Part shown: positions 35,211-49,311 of the stretch, in pieces
Layout: each line of letters opens with the position of its first letter
Numbering within the stretch: position 1 is the stretch's first letter
Assembly (NCBI GenBank): GCA_963575745.1
Contig: CAUYUJ010000002.1
Coordinates: forward strand, 868,001-932,000
DNA length: 64,000 nucleotides
Source of the DNA: Prorocentrum cordatum
Taxonomy: Eukaryota
Direction: 5' to 3'
Position numbers and translations under genes: made by a program
Notes under the pieces: generated by a model
Database searches by the model: none
Seen by the model: only the letters and a program-made list of their open reading frames with translations
What the model was told of the DNA's origin: nothing

Positions 35211-35310
35211 NNNNNNNNNNNNNNNNNNNNNNNNNNNNNNNNNNNNNNNNNNNNNNNNNNNNNNNNNNNNNNNNNNNNNNNNNNNNNNNNNNNNNNNNNN
35301 NNNNNNNNNN
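35211..35310. other. Assembly gap (100 N)
   Basis: N run. Confidence 1.
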
Positions 35311-35690
35311 GTTTTCCGATACCCTCCTCGCTCAGGCGGGGCCTCCCTGCAGGGGTGGGAGGGGCACGAAACAATGTAAATAGTATGGTTTTCTGATACC
35401 CTCCTCGCTCAGGCGGGGCCTCCGTGGAGGTGTGGGAGGGGCACGAAACCATCTAAATAGTATGGTTTTCCGATACCCTCCTCGCTCAGGCTGGGCCTCC
35501 CTGCAGGGGTGGGAGGGGCACGAAACCATGTAAATAGTATGGTTTCCGATACGCTCCTCGCTCAGGCGGTGCCTCCCTGGAGGGGTGGGAGGGGCACGAA
35601 ACCATGTAAATAGTATTGTTTTCCGATACCCTCCTCGTTCAGGCAGGGCCTCCCTGGAGGGGTGGGAGGGGCACGAAACCATGTAAGTAG
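35311..35690. repeat. About 5 tandem copies of a 77-bp unit
   Basis: GTTTTCCGATACCCTCCTCGCTCAGG...GGGGCACGAAACCATGTAAATAGTATG repeated. Confidence 0.9.
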
Positions 35691-35699
35691 TATGGCTTT

Positions 35700-37432
<1,733 letters not shown>

Positions 37433-37607
37433 CAAGTGGCACGCGTGCCCTGGCTCTTGCACCAAGGAGCTGCGAGGGACAGGAGGCGTTCGCATCCTTC
37501 CCCCAGGAGTTTCCTTCTGTGGCCGGGGGGGGACGAACGGCGAATGACGAACGAACGACGAACGAGAATAAAGAGGTCCGAGCTCTAGAACACAGCTGTG
37601 CAAGAGA

Positions 37608-38049
37608 ATAAAATGGTCGGGGCGGAGGGGGCGCTGGGCGGGCGCTGGAGCCGCGGGGGCGCTGAGACGGCGCGGGGGAGGGGGCGGGGCGGGGGGGGGT
37701 GCGGTGCCGAAATAAAGTGGTCGGGGCGGAGGGGGCACTGGGCGAGCGCAGGAGCCGCGCGGGGGCGCTGAGACGGCGCGGAGGAGGGGGCGGAGCGGGG
37801 GGGGGCGCGGTGCCGAAATAAAAGTGTCGGGGCGGAGGGGGCACTGGGCGGGCGCTGGAGCCGCGCGGGGGCGCTGAGACGGCGCGGGGGAGGTGGCGCT
37901 GAGACGGCGCGGGGGAAGGGGCGGAGCAAGGGGGGGTGGTGCGGTGCCGAAATAAAGTGGTCGGGGCGGAGGGGGCACTGGGCGGGCGCCGGAGCCGCGC
38001 GGGGGCGCTGAGACGGCGCGGGGGAGGGGGCGGAGCGGGGAGGGGGGGT
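37608..38049. repeat. GC-rich tandem repeat with units of about 100-135 bp containing CCGAAATAAA
   Basis: About four copies of GTCGGGGCGGAGGGGGCACTGGGCG..GCGCTGAGACGGCGCGG. Confidence 0.85.
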
Positions 38050-38681
38050 GTATGAACCTTGATCCCGGACCATTTGGCCAATGAGATCCGCCTAGGCCAC
38101 CTAGGCGATCCAGGGATCTATGTTATCTGGGGGGGGGGAGAGGGAGAGGAGAAGGAGGGAGGAGGAGGAGGAGGAGGAGGAGGAGGAAAAGGATGGGAAG
38201 GAGGAGGTGGATTAGGTGGGGGAGGAGGGTGGGTTAGTCGGAGGAGGAAGGGAAGGAGGAGGAATAGGAGGAGGAAGACGACGACGACGATGACATCGGA
38301 GGAGTAGGAGCATTCTTGGGACATCAAGACCTGGGGTTGCTTAGATGTGTGGGCCACTTTGAAGATCTGCCGGGCTCCTCTGTGCCGCTCTGAAGCCCGA
38401 TGCGTTACAGTCGGATTTTATTAATAGGTCGACCCTGCCAGATGAAGGGTGCCCTTGTGTCCTGTCTATCCCGTCCCACGTCCTCTGCGCGTCTTCTGGT
38501 TGTTCAGGGCCGCGTTGTCCTCGGAAGAGTCTTGTGTCCTCTCGGGTGTCCTGTCCAATCAACTTCGACTGTATGTTTGCCAGCATCGTCGTCATCATCG
38601 TTACCTCCGTCTCCATTTTGGCGCAAGCGGTTTCTTACTACTGGGAACAACATCCTCGATACATTTTGCAAGTGGTGCGCC

Positions 38682-39812
38682 ATGTCGACCTTTCGCTGTT
38701 CAGGGATTCTCGGTGTGGCGCGACTGTTTGCTGCCAGGCATTCTGTGGCGCTGCAAGAGGTTAGCGGCCGCCGCGCCCAAGCAGCGTTTTATGATAGCCT
38801 GGAAGAACACAATCTGTTGCAAGATGTGTATGTGAAATATCATGTGATGAATCAGCAGGGTGAGGCTCACGATGTAAGGGTTCGCAGGTCCGCAGCTGCA
38901 ATCCTTACGAACTGCAAGATAAACGAGGAATACACAGACCCTCAGACGGTCCTCTGTCTCCGCATCATAGACAAAGTCAGGGCGAAGTCATTCGAACGAC
39001 GGATGGCCGCCGCAGTGTGTGCCACGATCAACGGCCGTGTCTTTCTGAAGGAATTGTTAAAGAAACTGCCGGGCGACGGTTGGACAGGCGATCAGTTTTG
39101 GGAAGCTGCTCATACTTTAGTGAACAAGATTGACCCCGAAGAGCTTTTCACCGGCGCCTTCAACCGGCAGGCGTTCAATTCGTGGACCAAACGTGATCTG
39201 GCGAACAAGCGCATGCACAGAATCAGAGACAAGTTGAGTGGTGATATCAATTTTGACAACGCATCGCGCCTGGAAGTGTCATTAGACCTTGTAAGAGCGT
39301 GCGGCAAGTTCTTGGGCAAGAACGCCTTTTCCTTGTTGGAGCAGTCCTACGCGAACAACTATCGCCGCCCCGGGTGGTGCTCGCAACACGGGTCGCTCAT
39401 GGGGCCCGGCGCCTTGGCGGGCGTCAACATCATCAACGGGACATGGAAGCAGAGCGGGACGGGCAGCACGCAGCTCGGGGATGTGTTGCAGCAGTTCGAC
39501 GACTCCCACGCTAATATGCAGAAGCTGCGCCGCTTGTTCCGGGAAGATTTGCAGTCTCTCCAGGTGTTGGTCAAGAAGGCACGCGGCGCGAAGCGAGCCC
39601 TGGCTAGGGAGCTATGCGAAGCCGTGGAACACATTCTTGGTATGTCTGACACGGGCTTGCAGTTCGTGTACTGCGAGATAGCCAAGGTCGTCACGTTCCA
39701 CTACAACCTCCACAAGCGGTACTGGCGCCTGCGCAAGCTGCGCGGCGACGCGGGCAATGCGGCTGGCAGCGACGCCGAGGACGGCGACCACGGGAGCGAC
39801 AACGACGACTGA
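38682..39812 (+). CDS. Cargo ORF-A, copy 2 (aGPT-Pplase1-like), intact
   Basis: Near-identical to 19282-20412; SL relic at 38606-38627 (19/22). Confidence 0.55.
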   Translation: MSTFRCSGILGVARLFAARHSVALQEVSGRRAQAAFYDSLEEHNLLQDVYVKYHVMNQQGEAHDVRVRRSAAAILTNCKINEEYTDPQTVLCLRIIDKVRAKSFERRMAAAVCATINGRVFLKELLKKLPGDGWTGDQFWEAAHTLVNKIDPEELFTGAFNRQAFNSWTKRDLANKRMHRIRDKLSGDINFDNASRLEVSLDLVRACGKFLGKNAFSLLEQSYANNYRRPGWCSQHGSLMGPGALAGVNIINGTWKQSGTGSTQLGDVLQQFDDSHANMQKLRRLFREDLQSLQVLVKKARGAKRALARELCEAVEHILGMSDTGLQFVYCEIAKVVTFHYNLHKRYWRLRKLRGDAGNAAGSDAEDGDHGSDNDD

Positions 39813-40830
39813 GCTCGTGGCGCGCACATGGCGGGCAGGCGCATCGGTACCATGATGGAGCTTGGAAGCGCACCGCCACGATGAACGTCCAGCGATGTCT
39901 GTCAAGCAGCCGCTGCGCCTGGAGGGCGGAGTGGCCCTGGCGGGAGCGATCCTTCTTCGCATGAGAGTGCTTTGCACGCAGAAAAACAGTTCCTGCCCGC
40001 TATAGCTTTTGGGGGGCCAGAAACCTGGTAGCAGGCAAAAGCGTTTCGGAGTGTTTGGGTTTTTACCAGTGTCCTTCGAGGCCCGACTGACGGCCGTTGC
40101 GATTGATTATCGCGGCCACAGAAAACGACGACTTTGCGAGGATAAAGCTTATGGGGCCCTGCCCAAAAGCACAAAAAAACGCTCTTGCCCACTAGGGCTT
40201 TTTTGGGGTCGGAAACTTGATAGTGGGTAAGAGCGTTTTGGCTCGTTTTGGCATCGCCCAATGTCAGTCGAGGCCCGACTGACTGCCGCGGCGATTAAGT
40301 AGCACGACCATAGCAAACAATAACTTTGCCGAAAGAAAGCCCAGGGGCCCAGCCCAAAAACACCCCAAAAACGCTCTTGCCCACTAAGTCTTTTTTGGGG
40401 TCAGAAACCTGATAGTGGGCAAGAGCGTTTCGGCTTGTTTCGGCCACGCCCAATGTTTCTCGAGGCCCGATTGACTGCCGCGGCGATTAATTAGCGCGAC
40501 CATAGCAAACAATAACTTTGCCGAAAGAAAGCCCAGGGGCCCAGCCCAAAAACACCCAAAAAACGGTCTTGCCCACTAAGCCTTTTTCGGGGTCAGAAAC
40601 CTGATAGTGGGCAAGAGCGTTTCTGTTTGGTTTGCGTGTCTTTTGATTGTTCGAGGCCCGACAGACGGCCGCGGCCCCCGAGATGCACCTATATCATCGT
40701 CATCGTCGCTACCATCACTGCAACCGCTGCGGCTCGACGGCAGAGTGGCCCCAGAGCGTGCTCGTCGCGCCCTTCGGGGAGGGAGAGCGAGCGCCCGCCG
40801 CTCGCGGTGCCAGCTAGAACGCGTTCGGGG

Positions 40831-41866
40831 ATGTCCTGGGACGAGGGAGATCGGGGTCGGAGCCGCAGCCCGCGGCCGAGCCCGCGGTCGACTCCCGCGC
40901 CCACTCCATCCGCAGTGTTCTCTCCGGGCAAGTACAAGGAGAGCGTCTTCCAGAAGTTCGGCCGAAGTTCAAGCGCTTTCGCGGACCGCTTCACGGCGGT
41001 GGCCGACGACGTCGACATGGGCGACGACAATATGTCGTTGAACGATCAGGTCGCGAAGACGCACGCTGCCGTGAAGAAGCTGGTGGAAAGGAACGCGGAG
41101 CGCCTCGGGGACAAGTATGACGAGCTATGCGTCGTGAAGACCCAGGTCGACGAGATGGAACGGGGCGGCGCCCGCGTCCACGACCTCTTCCTCCTGCGCG
41201 TGTTCATGGCTGTCTTCGGCGGGCCGAGGAGCCCGTGGCGCGCGCATGACGGGCAGGCGCATCGGTACCACAACGGAGCATTTCGGTACACCGCCGCGAT
41301 GAACGTCCAGCAGGCCCTACGCCTGGAGCACGCGGTGAACCGAGCGGACGCGATCCTCCTTCGCATGAGCAAGGACAAAAACGTGAAGCGACCGTCTTGG
41401 GACGAGGGGTGGCTCCTTGACTACACGAGCCCTGCCGCGGCGACGCAGGCCGACGTGGACGACGACCCCGATGAGAGCTTCTCGATCGCGCGCAAGATGC
41501 TCCGGGAAAGTTTGAACAGGTTTCTCACTACTGGGAACAACGTCAACATCCTCAAGACATTCTGCAAGTGGTGCGACCAGCCGAAGCAAGCGGAGCCCAC
41601 GTTGGCGTTCAAGGACAAGTGCTTGAAGATCCAGCCTGGCCAGGCAGCAAGGGAGATCAAGAAAGCCCCCGAGGTCAACTGCTACGCGTACATGGACTTA
41701 TCCATCAAGTACAAGCCGCCCGCGGCCGACGTGGACAGGTACGACCTCATGATGGCCACCCTGTACGGGGACGACGTCGAATCAAAGGAGATCGAAGTCC
41801 TTGGCGAGGCGCTGGCCCTCATGCACAAGCGGCAGCCACCTCGCGTGCGGGTTCGGAAGGGAAAAG
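40831..41866 (+). CDS. ORF-B exon 1, copy 2
   Basis: Same frame and donor site as copy 1. Confidence 0.75.
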
Positions 41867-43102
41867 GTAAGGCGCTCAGGACCGCGATCCAGCGATCTGG
41901 GGATCTAGGGCGCCTGGGGGGCCTAGATATGCGATCTATGCGATCTATGCGATCTATGCGATCTAGGTCGCCACCTGTGCGATCTATGCGATCTATGCGG
42001 TCTATGCGATCTATGCGACCTATGCGATCTATGCGACCTATGCGATCTATGTGACCTATGCGATCTATGCGATCTATGCGGCCTATGTCGCCACCTATGC
42101 GGCCTATGCGATCTATGCGACCTATGCGACCTATGCGATCTATGCGACCTATGCGATCTATGCGATCTATGCGATCTATGCGATCTATGCGACCTAGGTC
42201 GCCTAGGTCGCCGCCTGTGCGATCTATGCGACCTATGCGGTCTATGCGATCTATGCGACCTAGGTCGCCGCCTGTGCGATCTATGCGACCTATGCGATCT
42301 ATGCGATCTATGCGACCTAGGTCGCCATCTGGGCCTAGGTCGCATAGATAGATCGCATAGAGATAGATCGCACAGGCGGCGACCTAGGTCGCATAGATCG
42401 CATAGATCGCATAGGTCGCATAGGTCGCATAGGTGGCGACCTAGGTCGGCACCTATGCGACCTATGCGACCTATGCGATCTATGCGACCTAGGCCGTCAC
42501 CTATGCGACCTATGCGATCTATGCGATCTATGCGATCTATGCGATCTATGCGACCTAGGCCCAGATGGCGACCTAGGTCGCATAGATCGCATAGATCGCA
42601 TAGGTCGCATAGATCGCACAGGCGGCGACCTAGGTCGCATAGATCGCATAGATCGCATAGGTCGCATAGATCGCACAGGCGGCGACCTAGGTCGCATAGA
42701 TCGCATAGATCGCATAGATCGCATAGATCGCACAGGCGGCGACCTAGATCGCATAGATCGCATAGATCACATAGGTCGCAAAGATCGCACAGGTGGCGAC
42801 CTAGGTCGCACAGATAGCATAGATTGCTTAGATCGCATAGGTCGCATAGATCGCATAGGTCGCACAGGTGGCGACCTAGGTCGCATAGATAGCATAGGTC
42901 GCATAGATCGCATAGACCGCATAGATCGCATAGGTCGCAAAGATCGCCCAGATGGCGACCTAGGTCGCATAGATCGCCTAGGTCGCATAGATCGCGTAGA
43001 TCGCATAGGTCGCATAGATCGCATAGATCGCATAGATCGCATAGGTCGCATACATCGCATGGGTTGCATATACCGCATAGATCATGTGGTCGCCTCCCTC
43101 AG
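41867..43102 (+). other. Palindromic-satellite intron, copy 2 (1236 nt)
   Basis: GTAAGG..CTCCCTCAG conserved; repeat count differs from copy 1. Confidence 0.85.
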
Positions 43103-46100
43103 GTGGCAACGGGAAGTCGCTGCGGTCGAAGCTGACCTTGGCTGCGCTCGGCGAGACCATGGTGAAGTTTGCCAGCACGTACCTCCTCACCAGAGACAGG
43201 GAGTTCCAGGTCTCCGCAAAGCGTCTCATCGGCGCCATGGCCGTCATCTTCCAGGAGGTGCAGAAGGGCGAGAAGATCCAGGAGGTCGTGGCTAAGAATT
43301 TGTTCGCCAGGGCAGAGCTGCTCGTTCGTGAGAATCATGGGAAATCAGAGGACGAGCGCCATTACGCGTGGACGTTCGCGGACTTCGTCATCGAGTTGAA
43401 TCACGCTTTCCGCATCGAGTGCGACGATGATGCGCTTCACGCCTGGCGGCGCCGTCTGCTGCTGATCGCCTTCGAGGGCGACTTCACTCGCAACACGGCC
43501 TTGGTCTCGGTTGAGCATGGCCTCTTCTTGGCTGACCCCGAACTGGAGGACTGGGCCTCATCTGGCGTGGCGGGCTTCATCCACATGACCCGAGGCATCC
43601 TGCCTCTCATCGAGAAGTACTCGGCGTCCGCGGCCTACGACAAGCTGGACAATCCCTCACCAGCGCGCGCTGCAATGAACGAAGAGTTCCTGAACGACAT
43701 CAGGGCGTCGGACGGCCGCGACGGAGCTGGCCTGGCTGGCGGGCTTCGTGGCCACGGCGACCAGGCGGACGCCGCGTCGGATCCACTCTCTCGGGCTTCC
43801 ACGCTCCTTGCCGTCATGCATCTCGACGAGGACACCTGCATGACGGACAGCCAGCGAGAGCGCGCGAAGGCGGGGGCTTGCATCAAGGGGGGGCGGCAGT
43901 CTGACAAGAAGGATGCCTGGGACCGCATGAAGGCCGCGGCCATGTGGAAACCCGTAGTGCGACAATGGGGCCGCAAGGTCCCCTACTACTATCCAGCCTT
44001 GTGCGCCGACGCCGACCTCAGCGCACTGTTCCCGGACATTGACAACCTCGCGATTCCCATCGGGGCCGTCTTCCCCGAGAAATTCAATTTGGACCGCCTG
44101 AAGGACTACGTGAGGTGCCCGGAGAGGAAGCGCAACCACCATGCGCTGATCAAGCATCTTGAGGCAGCGCAAGCAGGGGCGGCGGGCGTCAGAAAGCAAA
44201 GCAGGTCTTCGCAAGATGACCTGGAAGTATTTCAGGCGTGGTCGCGACACGAGCAGTCGCTCAAGTCAACCTGGGCGGCGGCTAACCAGTTGCTCGAGGA
44301 ACGTGAGGGCGGCGATGGGGCTCTCCAGGTCAAGTACCACTTCTCAGCCATCGGGGACTTGCGCGTGCGCAGCAGGAGACGCGCAGAGGGCACGGCGTCG
44401 CAGAGCCTGAGCAAGCAGATCCAGACTATTGTGCAGCCAGACGTCGTGAAGTTGGACTGGCGCAAATGTTTCCTGACCCTCGCGCCCCAGGTCATGAAGC
44501 GCATGAAGATAAATCTGAACGGCCACTCCTCGGAGCAAGGGCGCGCCATCGAGGCCGTTGCCGCATGGCCCGACATCGACGCCAAGAAGACCCTGGCGCT
44601 CAGCGTCCTGTTTGGCAAAAAGAATGCAGGCGACCAGTGCCAGGCCATGGAGCGGGACGCGAGAGTGCTCCGCTGGGCGGCATCGTCTGCACTGCCCGAC
44701 GTTTTCAAGGCCGCCGTCGAGGACGAGAGGGGCAACCCCGAGCTCACGTGCGTGTCGAGGCTCCTCGAAGGGGCGGAGGACGCCTACACCGAGGCGTTGG
44801 TGAAGTTCGTTCAGGAGAAGCGGGGCAGCGCGGTGTCCCACCTCGCTTGGGAATTCGACGGCATCGGGGTGAACGTCGGCGTGCTCGATGACGCGCACGC
44901 TTTCATCACCGATGCTGAGAACTACGTCCACAAGGCGACGGGTTACAAGATGCACCTCGCTGCGAAGAAGGAGCGCTCGTTGCTTGAGACACTTGCGGCG
45001 AGCGGACAGCAGCTGCCCGTCGACGACGGGCCTGGGGGCCCCGACCAGATGGCGTCGTACTTCACCGATGGCAATTGCATCCAGGCCGCAGTGGTCGCAT
45101 CCTGCGGGTGCGGCAAGCCACCCCTTCCAGCCCCAGAGGCAAACTCGCGCTCCTATCGCGAGGTCGCCCAGCACTTCGAGATCAGGCTCCACGGCGCCTG
45201 CGTCCTGGACGTGCTCTTCCAGCTCGCATCGGGCCGCGCCCTGGATGCAGGCGACTACCTCTTGCACAGCGAGCCTGGCGGGGAGGCTCATTGCGTGCTT
45301 CTCCGCGCGTCGGCAGTGGTTCAGGGGGAGAACGGACCAGAGCAGACGTTCGATCTGATCGGCACCCATTGTGGTCACGAGGAACGGCGGTCCAAGTGCA
45401 GGGTTAGCGCGGTCGAATTTTGCAGGGCGATCGGGGGCGCGGCCGATAAACGCCTGGCCGTGCTCTTCCGCATTAACGGCAGCATGGCCCGCTCCACGGA
45501 TGCTTTGATGGACCTGCAAGCAGGCGCCTCTGCGAGTCCGCCAGTCGATGTGCAGCTGCCGATCGCCGCCGCAGAACCAGGCGGAGTCGACGTGGGGTTG
45601 CCGTCCGACTGCGAGGAGGACGCCGACGAACCCGACGAGCCCTCATTCATGGAGATGTTCTGCAACGTGCTTGGAAAGGAGGCCGCGGACTACCAGGTCG
45701 AGGTCGGTGGATGTCGATCCCGCGTTCAATGCCGCTGTCTCCTGTGCCCTTGGCGATCGTTCAGCCGCCGCGAGCACCTCATCGAGCACCAGAAGCACCA
45801 CAGGCCGCCGAAGTTCGTCGCGTCTCGGGAGGACGATGCCCTCTTCAAGGTCGCTATGTCGCTGTACAGGTTCGACCGCGTCTGCTCGGTGTTGAACCGC
45901 GCGGCTCAGAAAGACGGCGGCTACCTGGCCCGCGCTGCCGGTCTGCTTCGAGAATGGAATCGCGACGCTCCAGCGGAAGCGCTGGAGGCTGCGCGCCACT
46001 CCAACGAAGCCCACCTCGTCTTCGTCTTCACAGAGGCGGGCCCGCGGTACTGGTTGCGCGCCAAGTGCATTGACTGCGTCCGCATTAACGCCAAGATCTC

Positions 46101-47566
46101 GTACACCAAAGGCTTCGAGGATTCCCTGATCAGCCTGGCCTTGGTCTCGCACGGGGCGATGAATGGCGTGATGGGCCATCTCCACAGGCAGTGGTCCCGC
46201 GACGGCACGTCGCCTTTCCTGGCCTGCCGCCCCCAGCTCTTGCGGGAGATCATGGACCACGTGTTCCGCCGCCCCGACGGCCTGGCGCAGCTGTCGGTGC
46301 GACGGCTCATGGGCGAGGAAGTGGCCCGCGGCGAGTTCACGGCACTGACCCACGATGGCACCTTCAAGTTCTTGTTCTCGGTCATCGGCCAGAAGAAAAT
46401 GGACCAGAAGAAAGGCGGGATCTACGTCGGCCACACTCTGATGGGGATGACAGGAGCTTGCCCTGGATTCAGCGTCCAGCCCGATGAGAGCACGGAGAGC
46501 TTCGGTGCAGCGGTCAGGGAGCGGCTGACCCCCGCTGCGGTCGAGCAGGTGCGGATGCTTTACTCCGACGCCCCGAGCGAGAATATGTTGGAGCATCTGC
46601 CGAGGTGTCTCGGCGTGGCACAGGACAGACTGCACATTGCCTTGCGGGCCGAGCAGTGCACGGACGTGAAGAGGACGGCTTGCTCATTTGAGTTGCTGCA
46701 GCTCACGAGGAAGTTGTCCCGTCCTCTCGGCGTGCCCGAGGAGTAAGTACTTGACGAGGGAGATCTACCATGGCCTCCCGATGCCCGAGGTGGTCTGGGG
46801 TGACGCGCAGCCCGCGCGCGAGCGTGCCGACAAGGACTGGGCGGATTTCTGCAACGAGCCTTTCGTCTCGCACGCGGAGTACGTGGCCGAGTTGAGGCGC
46901 ATAGTCCAGAAGCACGAGAAGATCATGGACAGGAAGAATTCCAAAGGCGTGCCGCTCCGAAAAGTTTTGGAGAGCGCGAGCTCCACGAAGAACTACTACT
47001 ACTTGCGCAACAATTCGGTGTTCGCCCAGCTCTCTCGCGGGCAATTGGTCGCCCAGGGCACGCCCCAGAACGAGGCCGAGCACAGGAACATGAAGCGCTG
47101 GGCGTGGTGCGTGTGGCAGCAGCACGAAGACCGCGTCCACGTGCTCAAGGAGGTCTACGCCCTCTACCGCATGCTCGTCCATGCCGCCCAGCACGAGTCG
47201 CTCGGCACGCGGCTTCCGCCCTTGCGGCTCGCAGAGATGTTGGCCGGCCAGATCGCTGCTGGCGGTCTCAGGGACGGCATCGGGCCAGACGGATCGCTGC
47301 CTATCGGAGAGGATGGCCCGAGCGGTTCTGTGCCCAACGGAAATGGGCCCAACCGCGGCGCACTCAGGAAGTCCCTCGTCAAGGTGGACGTCGGCTTGGC
47401 CGCGAAACAGAAAGAGGGAAAGAACAAGAGGGCAGCCGCGTGGAGCAAGGCTATGCCTGCAAAGAAGAAGCCGTGGGGGCACAGGAAGAGGGCGACGTCG
47501 ACGAGGAAGTCCGCACCCTCCACCGTGCACGCCGTGGTCGAGGAGGTCGCGGGGATCCAGGCCTGA
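43103..47566 (+). pseudogene. ORF-B exon 2, copy 2; open for over 1200 codons, then a 4-nt insertion near 46744
   Basis: ORF 43084-46746 continues in ORF 46688-47566; GAGTAAGTAC here vs GAGTAC in copy 1. Confidence 0.8.
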
Positions 47567-48399
47567 GGCGCAGTTCCCTGAATCTTGCGCTTCGAGGCGC
47601 GAAGCGCCGTAAGATTGCCCTGCTCTTGCGCCGCTATTAGGCATCGCCGCCGCACGCCTCTGTGACTGCACTGTTCAGTCGGGAGACAGTAAGACTGGGC
47701 GTGATAAGGAGAGCACGGTGATTTATGACCACTCTGCTCGGCCGCTAGCATTTTGCACGGCCACCGCAGGTATCATTTACTATCTTAGTACAGTCAGGAG
47801 GTTGCACGACTGGGGCTGCGAAAGAAAATGAAACCATGCATCGGGAATGTCGTACTTCTCATTGTTATTACCAGAAGTTTTGCACAATGCCCGTGGTCAG
47901 TGGTGAAGCTCGGATGCGTACCCCAGTATGCCATAAAGGTAAGCACCCAGATCTTCATACGTTGGAATGTTCTTGTGGCGGTCCCGGCGACCCCCAAAAC
48001 AACCGAAAAACATCTCTTGCCCACTAAAGCTTTTTGAGTGCCAGAAACCTGGTAGTGGGCAAGAGCCTTTTTGGTGCTTCTGTGCAGCTAAATGTTTCTC
48101 GAGACCCGACATGCGGCCATTACGATTAATCCGCGAAGCCGGTGGAACCACAAACTTATCACAGGGAAGACCCAATGATCTTGCCCAGAACAAGACAAAC
48201 ACAAACATGAGCTTTGCCCCTAGGGTCTTTCGGGATCGAGAAAGCTGATATTGAGCACGAGGGTATGTAGTTTAGTTTGCTTCGAGCCTACCCTTCGACG
48301 TTGATTGGATGCGCATTCAGGCCACCTAGATCTTTAGATCTCTAGGTGGCCTAGATGGGGCTCCTAGGCCGAATGGTCTGGGATGAGGCCTTTCAACCG

Positions 48400-48431
<32 letters not shown>

Positions 48432-49077
48432 TACTCACCGCCAGCAAACGACTCCCGGTCCCCACCACCGTCCGCATCACATCCCCCACTGGTGTTCCCA
48501 GCACCACTGTCCTCACCACCGCTGTCCCCACTGGTTCCACCACCGCCCCTACTGTCCCCACCAGTGGCCCCACCACTGTCGCACTGTCCCCGCTGTCCCC
48601 AGAACTGTTCCCACCACGGTTCCACTCTCCCCACTGTCTCCACGGCCCCAACCACTGCCCGACTATCCCCACTGTCCCCACTGTCCCACTGACTCCTCCG
48701 CTGTCCCACTGAGCTGTCCCACTGTCCCCACTGTCCCCACCACTGTCCCCGCTGTACCTCTGTCCCATTGTCCCACCGCCGTCCTCGCCACCGCCTTCAC
48801 CACTGTCCCCACCACCATTGTACCCTCCACTGTCCCACTGTTTCCACCTCATTCCCATTGTCCCCACACCACTGTCCCCACCACCACCGTCACCACCACT
48901 GTCCACTGTCCCCCCCTGTTCCCACCATTGTCCCCACCACTGTCCCCACCACTACCGTCCCCACCACTGTCCCACTGTCCCACTGTCCCCACCACTGTCC
49001 CGCTATCCCCTCACCACTGTCCCCACCAACACCGTCCCCACCACTGTCCGCACCCCCACTCGGTTTTCGAGGGAGGG

Positions 49078-49311
49078 GGGGGTTCGAACCGGTAGTGACC
49101 CCCCCCGGTTTTCCGGATCCGGAGGGGGGGGGAGGGGTTCGAACCGGTAGTGACCCCCCCCCCTTTTCATTATGAGCAGGGGGGGGGGGGGGGAGGGGTT
49201 CGAACCGGTAGGACCCCCCCCGGTTTCCGGATGGGGGTGGGGGGGGGGGGAGGGTCGACCGGTAGTGACCCCCCCCGGTTTTCCGCCAGCAGCGGTAGAA
49301 CACGCTCTTTC
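49078..49311 (-). repeat. Right subterminal repeats and TIR of copy 2
   Basis: TIR at 49288-49311 followed by CTGCCTTC at 49312-49319. Confidence 0.85.
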